NCBI GenBank assembly: GCA_001275005.1
Contig: JWZX01003242.1
Location: 1-34,624 of the forward strand
Source of the DNA: Chrysochromulina tobinii
Taxonomy: Eukaryota
Length of the DNA stretch: 34,624 nucleotides
Direction: 5' to 3'
Of this stretch, positions 1 to 9,292 are shown one piece after another. The notes beneath the pieces are model-generated. The model ran no database searches. It saw only the letters and a list, made by a program, of their open reading frames with translations, and was not told the origin of the DNA. Numbering within the stretch: position 1 is the first letter of the stretch; the number at the start of each line of letters is the position of its first letter. The position numbers and the translations under genes are program-made.

Positions 1-1
1 G

Positions 2-292
2 GCCCTCGGCGGTGGCAGGACGTTCGCTCCCGAGCCGCCGCCCACGGTGTCGCTGCCCGTGCTCGTGACGCACGTGCGTGGGCTCGACGCCCTTGGGGCG
101 GCGGGGAGCTCGGGGTCGACGAGCGCGGAGGCCGATGTGGTGCATGACGATGAGTACGATAGCATGTACGATGGCGCGACGGTCGTCGGCGCGGCAGATG
201 ACGGGGATGCTCGCACCCTCCCGCCGTCCGTCGACGACCTCGAGGAGCAGTGGCAGGCAATGCATGGGCAGCTGTGGCGAGCCTCAAGGTGA
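2..292 (+). CDS. 3' end of an unidentified gene (partial, runs off the window start)
   Basis: The frame of ORF 47..292 is open back to position 2 (ALGGGRTFAPEPPPTVSLPV...) with GC-rich codon usage and ends at TGA 290-292. No recognisable domain. Confidence 0.5.
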   Translation, partial: ALGGGRTFAPEPPPTVSLPVLVTHVRGLDALGAAGSSGSTSAEADVVHDDEYDSMYDGATVVGAADDGDARTLPPSVDDLEEQWQAMHGQLWRASR

Positions 293-869
293 GGCGGAGC
301 GCGTGCGGAAAGAGGGGTGAGGCGCATGACGTTGTAGGTGATCTCGTCCTCTTGGGCATGTGTGCGCCTCCTCGTGTGGGCATGGTGTGAGAGCTCGGCT
401 GCCTGTCCAACGTGTGATATTGCATGCGTACAGAGGCACACCGGGGGGATTGTGGGGACCTCGGGAGGCTCATGACGTTGTACGTTGGGTATACCCCGCT
501 CGTCCGTTTCGTGATGACTGATGTGTCCGGTGTGCTCATTGTTACGCTAGTGTCTCTGGTGCATGCGCGTGGTAATCGCGAGTAAGGATGAGGAGCACTC
601 ATACTGTTCACAGACTGCTGACACATACTGTGGTCACACATGCTCGTCTCACATGCTGGTCGCTGCCGAGCGCTCACGTACCGTACCGGGTCGGGTCGCG
701 CGGCGCATACAGGCGAGACTCTCGCAAGGGGCTCCTTCTCGCTTCTGCCCTGCCGACGGTCGTCTGTAACAGGCACTGCGTACTGCCCGCTCAGAGTGAT
801 CCGTGTGCCCTTGTGCGCTCGTGTGAACGTTAACACGACAGACGCGACAACCGGTGCTACGGCGTGGGC

Positions 870-923
870 CCGTGTGTGTCCCGTGTGTGTCCCGGCTCCC
901 CCCGGTGTCTTTACGGTACAGTA
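870..923 (+). repeat. Dispersed motif copy 1: (GTGTGTCCC)n-GGCTCCCCCCGGTGTCTTTACGGTACAGTA
   Basis: Near-identical to 11483-11528 (+) and 27339-27399 (-) by direct comparison. Confidence 0.85.
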
Positions 924-988
924 AATCGCACTTACATTCGTGTTCCTCAAAAGAGATGCGGAGAGCCCACAGTTGAGCACGACCTTCC

Positions 989-2017
989 TCACACTTCCCA
1001 CTCCCTGCGAAGGCTCGCCTGCTCCACCATTGCAGCATGTTGCATATCGTTGGCCTGATTGCGCGATCTCCACAGAAGTTTTCCGGGAGTGAAGCTTTCA
1101 ACCCGAATGCCCACGCGCTCCGAGGCCGCGAACACGGACCACTCGACATGCGAATGAAACCGTGCCGGCAAGCAGTCTGCTTTCGCTGGGATGTGCTGGG
1201 ATTTAATGTCCCACTTCATGGGGTCGAGCACCTCCGTCACGTTCCGCGGTGCGTCGGCGCACTGCCATATGGTGGCATTCCATGCACGCACGAAGGCAAG
1301 GAATGTGTTGCGTCGCGCAGCGAAGCAGTTGTCCGCTCGAGTTACCCCCGATCGTCCGTACCGAGGCTTCAGTGGAAGGGCCCCAAAGACACGGAGGACG
1401 CCGTGTGATAGTGTTTCCAATCCCTGGAACTCTTTCTTCCCGAGTCCAAAGCTGTTTGCAATGTCGAAACGGAGGCGAACGAGAACATCGTCAGTCGTGG
1501 CTTGGCTGGCGGCCAGCGCGATCCCGTCGATCATCTGCTCATAACCGCTGAGGGTACTGGTCGAATCGGGATACAATGTCCTCGTCCGAAGCGGAAGTGG
1601 CTGGCGCATGATAATGCGTCGCGCATGTAGCGTTTGTCCCAATCGCTCCGCGCAAGTCCTAGCGTCGATAGAATGAATCAGATTGCATCTACTTAGCGTG
1701 CTGCAATTCGAGTTCATGAAGGCACTGCCGTCGATTTGTGTGTACGGCACCATAATCACGTTGCACCGCATCTGATGACTTGCGTTTTGGCAATCGGCGA
1801 GATGTTTCTTGAGAGGCCTATCATTCTCGCACGTTTGGCGGAGATGGCCAGTGATGAGGAGAGCAACCTGCGTCCAACTACGAGGTGAAGATTCAATAGC
1901 CAGTTTGCGCCCGTGCAACATCACGGGATTCGCCACGCGAGGAGAAGTCGAGCGTCGTTTTCTTCTTTGGACGCGGAAAAGGACAGTCGAACAGTCGTTA
2001 ACCGGCGCCGTTTTCAT
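989..2017 (-). CDS. Putative glycosyltransferase-like protein (VALLITGHLR...DVLVRLRFD...DNCFAA type)
   Basis: Long intronless ORF. VALLITGHLR, DDVLVRLRFD and DNCF resemble the 'IALCxSGxxR / YDxVIRxRxD / DxF' pattern of a putative sugar-transferase family found in algae, bacteria and large DNA viruses. The start is placed at ATG 2017 (MKTAPV) but is uncertain. Confidence 0.6.
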   Translation of the reverse strand: MKTAPVNDCSTVLFRVQRRKRRSTSPRVANPVMLHGRKLAIESSPRSWTQVALLITGHLRQTCENDRPLKKHLADCQNASHQMRCNVIMVPYTQIDGSAFMNSNCSTLSRCNLIHSIDARTCAERLGQTLHARRIIMRQPLPLRTRTLYPDSTSTLSGYEQMIDGIALAASQATTDDVLVRLRFDIANSFGLGKKEFQGLETLSHGVLRVFGALPLKPRYGRSGVTRADNCFAARRNTFLAFVRAWNATIWQCADAPRNVTEVLDPMKWDIKSQHIPAKADCLPARFHSHVEWSVFAASERVGIRVESFTPGKLLWRSRNQANDMQHAAMVEQASLRREWEV

Positions 2018-2230
2018 TTGCGGATGCGCGCGACCCGGGCGCGACCCGGGCGCGCGAGACGATCGTCCCACGTCATGAAACCACCAGAAAGTAGGAACCA
2101 AATCGGGCCTGTACCGGTATACCGGTCGCGTGTGCTTGCGCTTTTGTTCCGTGTCGAAGTCGGAGTTCCACACGGTATAGTGGCCTCAGACACATTAAAG
2201 GATCCTTTAAGAGCGCCTTCTCAAGGACGA

Positions 2231-3869
2231 ATGGCGCGAGGGTCGTGGGCAGCTAGCACGACGAGCCACGTACTCGCCGCGCAGCACTGCAAGGTCTACG
2301 TGCACGAGCTGCATCAGCCGCTGGCGGCTCACCGGCAGCCGGCGGCATGGCCTTCTCACCAGTACGCCATGGAGCTGCACCTCGCTGAGGCAGCCAAGCG
2401 TTCGCCGTGGAGAACGCACACTCGCAGCGAGGCAGACTTGGTAGTCGCTGTGGCCAACTTCTCGCTCTTTTGCGTCGCGGGCAAGACGTTCATGCGCCGC
2501 ACGAACTGGTATGAGATGCTGAGCGACCGAACGCTCTGGCCGCACGGCGCCGCCAATGCGAGCTGGCATGACGGCGCAATCTTGGTCATGCTCCAGGCGA
2601 GCATGTGCGGCGTGCCGTGGGCGGACACCCGAGGCTCCTTCAAGCCGCGCAACATCGTCACGCTCGCCGAGGAGATGCGCAGGCCCTACCCGCCCTCTGT
2701 GCAGGTGACGCCCTTCGTGGTCGCATCCCCTGCGTGGCTGGTCGGCGGAGCAGCGGCCGGAGTAGTGGCCGGGGACGCGGAGCGCGCGGGCGCTGGCAGC
2801 ACTGGCGGCGCAACAGAGCAACCGCCGCCCATCGTGCCGTGGGCGCGGCGTAAGCTGCTCTTCTTCGCGTGTCACGTGCCCGAAGCTCTTTATAAAGCCG
2901 ACGCGATACCTCATATGGAAGCAGTTGAGACGCGACCCGCGCGTCACCGCCACCTCATGGTCGGTCCTGTGCACCATCGGCTCATATCGGACGTGCCTGC
3001 TGAGCGACCTCGAGCTGCGCCGACGCGCACTCGCCCTCGAAGGCGAGGCGAAGCTCGAGCGCAACCTGTACAATGGCCATGCGAGTGGTCTGGTCAGCTT
3101 CATTGGGACGCATTGCCACGCCCTCGGCTGCAGCAACGAGAGCTCTTGTGACACGAGCCTCCTCCGTACGCACTCCGACAGCGCGGCACTGCGCAGCTTC
3201 CGGCAGCGTTGCAAACCCTACTTGGAGCTGGTGAACTTTACATCCGAGCTACCTGATATGGAAGCAGATGCCACAAGCTCGCGCCGCTTCATCGCAGCCC
3301 AAAACCCCACCGTTGGACGCCGCCAAAAGGCTGCACACGGGCAGCCAGACGACGCGTACCTAGGCCGAGCGATGGCCCATCGCTTCTGCTTGGTCGCACC
3401 CGGGGACTTTTGGTCGACCAAGAAGATTGCGGAGACGGTGGCCATCGGCGGCGCGGGTGGCTGCATCCCCATCATTGTCGTGCCGCCCCCGCATACCAAG
3501 CGACTGTCACACGACCGGGCCCGCCGGGCCCGGCTGAATGCTTCCATTGATGAGTCGCTTGGACTCGGGCAGCGGCTCTCACGCTTCCTGCCGTACACAT
3601 CCTGGCTTGATTGGTGCGTGATCCACCCTCTGAGTGCCTCTCTGATGGCCCAAGTGATGGCCTTAGATGAGGATCCCATCTATAGATCCCATCCCTCTGA
3701 GCAGGTGCTCGATCGCTTACCTCGTCTCCGAGACGACCGTCCGCCAGCGCCTCGCCCCTGTTCTCGACCAGCTCGAGGCCATCAGCGAGGCCGAGGCGCA
3801 TGGCAAGCTACAAGCCCTACGCGATGTCCGGGACGCATTCGTATGCCGCTCGCCTGGCACGTCCGGTAG

Positions 3870-3918
<49 letters not shown>

Positions 3919-4191
3919 GGCAGCAGCCTCGATGTGCGGCTGACGGCACCCGACTACCTATTGGGCGTGGCGTGCGATGCGGCGCGACAGGCCAAGGCTG
4001 CAAGCATGCATGCGAGCGAACCGAGCATGCCGATAGCTGAGGTGACCATTCGCGCTGCTTCGTTCGATGAGAGCGCGCAGACTCCATACAGTTACAGACT
4101 GCACATCTTCATAACATCTTCATTTCTATGTAGACATGTGTGTATCGATGCGACTCTCCCTACGCCTCGTCTCCCCATGCATCTCCTGTGA
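2231..4191 (+). CDS. Exostosin-family glycosyltransferase (GT47); one +1 frame break near 2880 and an intron at 3614-3704
   Basis: GT47 motifs: KVYVHEL, QYAMELHL, SPWRT...EADL, LLFF, FCLVAPGD..STKKIAETV..GCIPII and LPY..WLDW. Removing one base in GTGCCCGAAG (~2876-2885) gives HVPKLFIKPTRYLIWKQLRR. The intron GTGCGT..GCAG (3614-3704) joins LDW to CSIAYLVSE in frame. The 3' end is uncertain. Confidence 0.8.
3871..3927 (+). repeat. (AGC)n microsatellite encoding poly-Ser in the last exon of the GT47 gene
   Basis: 13 perfect AGC units at 3871-3909, then a degenerate continuation to 3927. Confidence 0.95.
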
Positions 4192-4274
4192 AGCTGTGCC
4201 CAAGACGGCGCCTTTCACACCTTTATTTTGGTGTGTCTAGGCGCCATCACACATGCGCAACATTGCAGCGCAAC

Positions 4275-6659
4275 ATGAAGTCCAGCTCCAGCGCACCAGC
4301 CGTCAGTGCTGTACGCAGGCTTCGCTTGCATAATGTGCTGGTGATGGCAGCGCCCTTCATAATGGTTGCCCTATGGCATTATGTGAGGTACGTGACGCTG
4401 CTCGAGCCGGGACAGGAGCATGCTGCCATCCGCGCCAAGACCCAGCACGCGGCCCAGTTCCGCCGCCACATGCAGGACCGCATGGCAAGACTCACCAAGA
4501 CCGTGGCGACTTCATCAACTGCTGGTGTCTTCGAATCAGCCACATCCGTGGCTGAATTAGCCGCTTCGGCCGCCTCGTCGGCTGCCACCGCTGCCACATC
4601 GGTCGTGTCGGCCGCGGCGGACCGCGTCGGACGGCGCCACTTTCAAATCGCCGCAGGGCTGTCTTCGGAGGACGCGATGAAGAAGGTGCTCGCGGAGGCG
4701 AGCCTTTCAGCGGATGTAGCCGAAGGGCTGGGCGAGGTGACGACGGCGGAGGCCTTCCATAAGGCGCTGCAGCCGGGTCTCTCTGTGTGGCTCACCTTCT
4801 CCAATCAGGCGTACCTCCACTTTGCTCAGAACTGGTACCTGTCGATCAAGACCATCGGCCGTCATCGGCAGGTGATCGTCGCCGCGCTCGACGCGCCGAC
4901 GCTCAAAGTCTGGCGCGGGCTGCGCGTGCCCGTGCTCGACTACAGCAGCAGCTTTGGCGACACCTCCGATTTTCGAGGCATCGGGGCCGATCAGGCGCGC
5001 TTCCGCAAGATGGGCGCGATGAAGGTGGCCGCCTTTCTCGAGCTGCTCGAACTGGGTCGCTCTGTCCTCGTCTCCGACGTCGATACGGTCTGGACGGCAG
5101 ATCCGACGAGCTACTTCACCGGCGCGCCGCCCTTTGACGTGGCGGTGACCTCCGACTGCCTCTCGCGCGAGGCGGACGAGAACAAGGACGGCAAGAACCC
5201 GCGCTTCCACCCGAGCGGCGTGTGGTTCTGCGGGCACAGCCCGGGCAACACCTTCGGCGCCACCTTCAACACGGGCGTCCTGTACCTTGCGCCCACGCCC
5301 GCCGCCAAGGCGTTCACCGCGCGCTGGCGCGACCTGCTGCTCGCGCCCACGGACGATTGGCACATGGAGGATCAGCGCGGCTTCAACCAGCTCGTATTGA
5401 CGAATTTCTATCCGACCGTGGCGGCGGACGAGGCGGCGAGGCCCGTGTCGGAGATGGATATGACGAGCCCAACTCCGACCTTCCCGCGCGGCTCGGTAGT
5501 GTTCGCCGCCAATCGGTCTCTCCTGTTGCATCCGCTGCCGGCACGGCGCTTCTGCTCCGGCCACACCTTCTTCGTGCAGCAGAGCGGCCGGCGCGAGCTG
5601 TGCACCAATGTGCACGTCACCTTCTGCGAGGGCGGCATCCACGGAAAGCTTTGGAGGCTCATCGAAGCGGGCATGTGGTCGCTCCATCCCAAGGGGTACT
5701 TTGACACGGGGCGCTTCCTTACGATCACGCCGCCCGCCATCCCCACACCTTACCCGCCCGCGCGCATCGAGCCCTACAACCAGTGCCAAGCCCGCCAAGC
5801 CAGCGGTGGCGCGATCGACCCGGTCTATCATGGCTGGTGGTCTCCCGGAGGGGCCGCGGCCGCCGCGGCGGCCGAGTGCAAGCAGGAGACGCAGCAGTAC
5901 AAGGACAAGAACGGCGACATGGGCGTGACGATCACCGAGGCCATCGCCATGTCGCCGCGGCTGCAGGGTCACCTTGCCATGGCCGATAGGTACCTGCTGG
6001 CCCTGCGCGACGGCATGAGCGCGGCGTGGCTGCTCCAGCGCACCTTTGTCTTCCCCCGCTTTGGGTGCCTGTGCGACCGCTCTGAGTGGCCCGACATCAT
6101 GCCGACATGCCGCCTCGAAAACTCGGACCTCGAATTCCCCTTCGACTGCCCGCTCAACTTTTTGCTCAACGTGCACTTCATGCAGGGAATCGAGAACGGC
6201 GACGGCGTGCGACACGGCGTGCCGTACCGCGAGCACTCCTTTCTGCACAACGAGCGCCTCGCACCAACCATCCGCAGCTCGCGTGTCAACGTGAGCTTCT
6301 ATGGCGGTGGGCTGCCGCTCCGAAGCGACGGTGGCGGCGCGGCGCCGCCGCCAGGCCTCGTGCGCCTTCCGCGCGGCGCGACGGACCGCGAGGTGCTCGA
6401 GGCGCTCGGCCCGAATAGCCTGCACCACGAGACGGCGGTGATCGCGCTCGATACGGCGGAGGACGTACTAGGCGGGTTCGAGGACGAGGAGGCGGGCGAC
6501 TACATTCGCGCGCTCCTCGAGTCGAAGGTGCTCTACGGCTCGTGGTGCTGCAGCCGCACCAACTTCCACAACCCGGGCGCCACCGCCTTCTTCCCCCCGC
6601 CCGCAAAGCTGCCTACAGGTGCGGCTGCAACGGCGAAGAGGAAGGCGAGGGCCTGGTAG
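4275..6659 (+). CDS. Nucleotide-diphospho-sugar transferase, GT77, XEG113-like arabinosyltransferase
   Basis: N-terminal type II anchor (VLVMAAPFIMVALWHYV), TFSN..Y..FAQNW, VAALD, F.KMG..KV, a DxD motif in VLVSDVDTVW, FNTG, DQ..FN and HTFFVQ. The C-terminal RTFVFP..C.CDR..W...PF.CP block matches XEG113-type proteins. ATG at 4275. Confidence 0.85.
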   Translation: MKSSSSAPAVSAVRRLRLHNVLVMAAPFIMVALWHYVRYVTLLEPGQEHAAIRAKTQHAAQFRRHMQDRMARLTKTVATSSTAGVFESATSVAELAASAASSAATAATSVVSAAADRVGRRHFQIAAGLSSEDAMKKVLAEASLSADVAEGLGEVTTAEAFHKALQPGLSVWLTFSNQAYLHFAQNWYLSIKTIGRHRQVIVAALDAPTLKVWRGLRVPVLDYSSSFGDTSDFRGIGADQARFRKMGAMKVAAFLELLELGRSVLVSDVDTVWTADPTSYFTGAPPFDVAVTSDCLSREADENKDGKNPRFHPSGVWFCGHSPGNTFGATFNTGVLYLAPTPAAKAFTARWRDLLLAPTDDWHMEDQRGFNQLVLTNFYPTVAADEAARPVSEMDMTSPTPTFPRGSVVFAANRSLLLHPLPARRFCSGHTFFVQQSGRRELCTNVHVTFCEGGIHGKLWRLIEAGMWSLHPKGYFDTGRFLTITPPAIPTPYPPARIEPYNQCQARQASGGAIDPVYHGWWSPGGAAAAAAAECKQETQQYKDKNGDMGVTITEAIAMSPRLQGHLAMADRYLLALRDGMSAAWLLQRTFVFPRFGCLCDRSEWPDIMPTCRLENSDLEFPFDCPLNFLLNVHFMQGIENGDGVRHGVPYREHSFLHNERLAPTIRSSRVNVSFYGGGLPLRSDGGGAAPPPGLVRLPRGATDREVLEALGPNSLHHETAVIALDTAEDVLGGFEDEEAGDYIRALLESKVLYGSWCCSRTNFHNPGATAFFPPPAKLPTGAAATAKRKARAW

Positions 6660-6771
6660 ATAGAACAGTAGCCAATATCACAGAGCATTTCCAAGGGACC
6701 TCAGCACGCGAGCACGCGGGTGTGATCACGGGGCCCAGCTCGGGGACGGGAGATCTGCCTTCACCAAGAAT

Positions 6772-8066
6772 ATGTCCGTCGCCGGTCGGACGACAGACGC
6801 GGTGCCCTTGTAGATTTGTAGATTCTGACTGTCGTGCTGTATCCTGCCAGGTCTCGTATCTTCGTCACTGTCGCCACCTTTGCCAGCACGTCGGCTTTCC
6901 AGCTTGGCATGCCCATGGGCATGCGCACACCGGCGGTCTGCAGATCCTCGGATGTTCAGGTGCGCTTGCCATACAACGATGCACTCGAGCCGTGAATGTT
7001 GACGTGAGTATGGTCGTGGTGTCTGTGGCATTGGCAGATGATGCCTGACATCGTCGACACTGCGGTTGGCGCTGGTTCTTTCAAGACCCTCGCTGCGGCG
7101 CTTGGTGCCGCCGGCCTCGTCGACACAATGAAGTCGCCGGGCCCGTTCACCGTCTTCGCGCCGACTGATGAGGCCTTTGCCAAGCTCCCTGCGGGCACCG
7201 TCGAGGAGCTCATCAAGCCCGAGAACAAGGCCAAGCTCACAGGCATCCTCACGTACCACGTCGTGTCTGGCAAGGTGATGGCCAGCACTGTCGTCACCAT
7301 GGATGGCGCTAAGGTGCCCACCGTCAACGGCGCCGAGATCACCATCAAGGTCGGCACGGACGGCGTCATGGTCGACGGCGCCAAGGTCGTGACGACCGAC
7401 ATTGAGTGCGATAACGGCGTCATCCACGTAATTGATTCCGTCATCCTGCCGGCGGAGAAGAAGCCTGACATCGTCGACACTGCGGTCGCTGCTGGCTCCT
7501 TCAAGACCCTCGCGGCTGCCCTCGGCGCCGCCGGCCTCGTCGAGACCATGAAGAGTGCGGGCCCGTTCACCGTCTTCGCGCCGACTGACGACGCCTTCGC
7601 CAAGCTTCCGAAGGGCACCGTCGAGACCCTCCTCGAGCCCGAGAACAAGGCGAAGCTCGCCGCCATCCTGACGTACCACGTCGTCTCCGGCAAGGTGATG
7701 GCCAGCACTGTCGTCACCATGGATGGCAAGAAGGTTGGCACCGTCAACGGCGCTGAGGCCACCATCAAGGTCGGCAAGGACGGCGTCATGGTCGACAAGG
7801 CCAAGGTCGTGACGACCGACATTGAGTGCTCCAACGGCGTCATCCACGTGATTGATTCCGTCATCCTGCCGCCGCCCACCGCGATGGAGAAGGCCCTGGC
7901 GATGAAAGCCGCGAAGGCCGCGAAGCCAAAGCGCATCAACACGAAGAAGGCCTCCTACATCGAGCGTCTCAAGGGCCCCAGCGGCCTGGCCAAGGGCCGC
8001 ATGGTGACGATGGCCAAGCGCGCCGAGGAGGCGGCCAAGGCGGCCGCGGCCGCACCGGCTGCGTGA
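6772..8066 (+). CDS. Tandem two-FAS1 (fasciclin) protein with a predicted bipartite plastid-targeting presequence; introns 6774-6850 and 6960-7037
   Basis: Two FAS1 domains ([38 protein letters not shown]). Splicing AT|GTCCGT..CCAG|G and CAG|GTGCGC..GCAG|ATG gives [44 protein letters not shown] in frame. Confidence 0.85.
7044..7872 (+). repeat. Intragenic tandem duplication (420-bp period) encoding the two FAS1 domains
   Basis: CCTGACATCGTCGACACTGCGGT starts at both 7044 and 7464, and the two units align almost base for base. Confidence 0.95.
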
Positions 8067-9292
8067 ACCGCTAAACCCCGAACGGACGGAACCCCTTGGT
8101 ATAGTTATGATGCTGCTCGATGTCAGAGGGCTATGGTTGGTGACACCGCTGTGCGTAAGTGTTTGTGTCATTATGTTCGTGTCGTTCGCGGCGATTGCTG
8201 GCGGACGAGTCGATAGCGCCCACCGCCATAGCCCACGTACCCTCGCGAGCCGGATTTTGAGCTCACGTACACCGACGTCGGGACGCCCGCCCGGCGCGCC
8301 GCCCGGCGCGGCCGCCCGTCTCCCTCCGGCCGAAGCCGCGCGGCGCGTCGAAAGACGAAACAATTTTACAAGATTTTTACCGAACAACAACAAGCGCGCG
8401 CCGCCCGCCGGACACGACCGACGACTCAGACAGAGAACGTCGACACGGAAGTGGACCGACGACCGTGAACGACCGGACGCGCCCAACCGCCCATCCAGAC
8501 ACCACAGCAGACTCCGAACGGGGCGAACGGCATGCTCCGAAGACTGAGAAAATTATCGTAAAATTATCGATACGTTACGATCGAGGATCGTATAGTGAGC
8601 GGTGAGCGCGGTGCGCCCGCGCCGGGTGCGGGTCGTGCACAACACTCAACAGCCATTCGAACAGCCATCAGCCAAGAGCCAACCGACGGAGAAGTTTTTA
8701 GCCCGACCCCGTCCGACCGGTCGCCGGTCCGAGCCCGCGCGCGCCGCGGCGCGATACAATTCTAACGGGTCCGCGCGCCCCGCCGCTGGCGCCGGCGCGC
8801 GACCACGCCCCCCGCCCCCCGACCGGGTCATTCACTTGTCGTCACCATGAGTCCCCGCGGCCTGACCCGGCCCCGAGCAGGCCGGCGTGAGGCACGTGCT
8901 GGCGTGGTGTGGAATCCGGTGTGCACTGTGCAGTGTCGTGTGGTGAACGTCCGTGCGGTGCGACGACGAATAATGATCGAATGTACGTAGCGGGTACCGT
9001 CGTACCGATCGGAGAGTCTCGCACCGTAATGCGAGTCTGAAATCTGTCTTGTGGTCTAGAATGATTCTTAAAGAATGGCCGGGTGCGGCCGCCACCGGGG
9101 CCAACACGCTCTACGTATGTGGTCCACCCTACAATTTCCACGTGCGCCCGCGGGCGGCGCGAGCCGGCAGTCGCGAGACGCCACCCCTCCCCGACTTCGA
9201 CTACATGTGGTCCTACCACGCGACACACAAAGACGCCCACTCAACCCGACCCCGACCCTGATGAGAGCTGGCCTAATGATTGTGCAAGAAGT

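Noticed and set aside
511..621. C/D box snoRNA candidate (GTGATGA ... CTGA)
   Set aside because: No terminal stem and no recognisable rRNA-complementary guide; such short boxes occur by chance.
4707..6428. 573-aa minus-strand ORF
   Set aside because: Antisense shadow of the GT77 gene in GC-rich DNA.
6726..8486. 586-aa and 328-aa minus-strand ORFs with internal repeats
   Set aside because: They mirror the duplicated FAS1 coding sequence on the plus strand.
8107..8547. 146-aa ORF with a hydrophobic N-terminus downstream of the fasciclin gene
   Set aside because: It starts 40 nt after the stop in the probable 3' UTR, and its Arg/Pro-rich composition is typical of non-coding GC-rich DNA.
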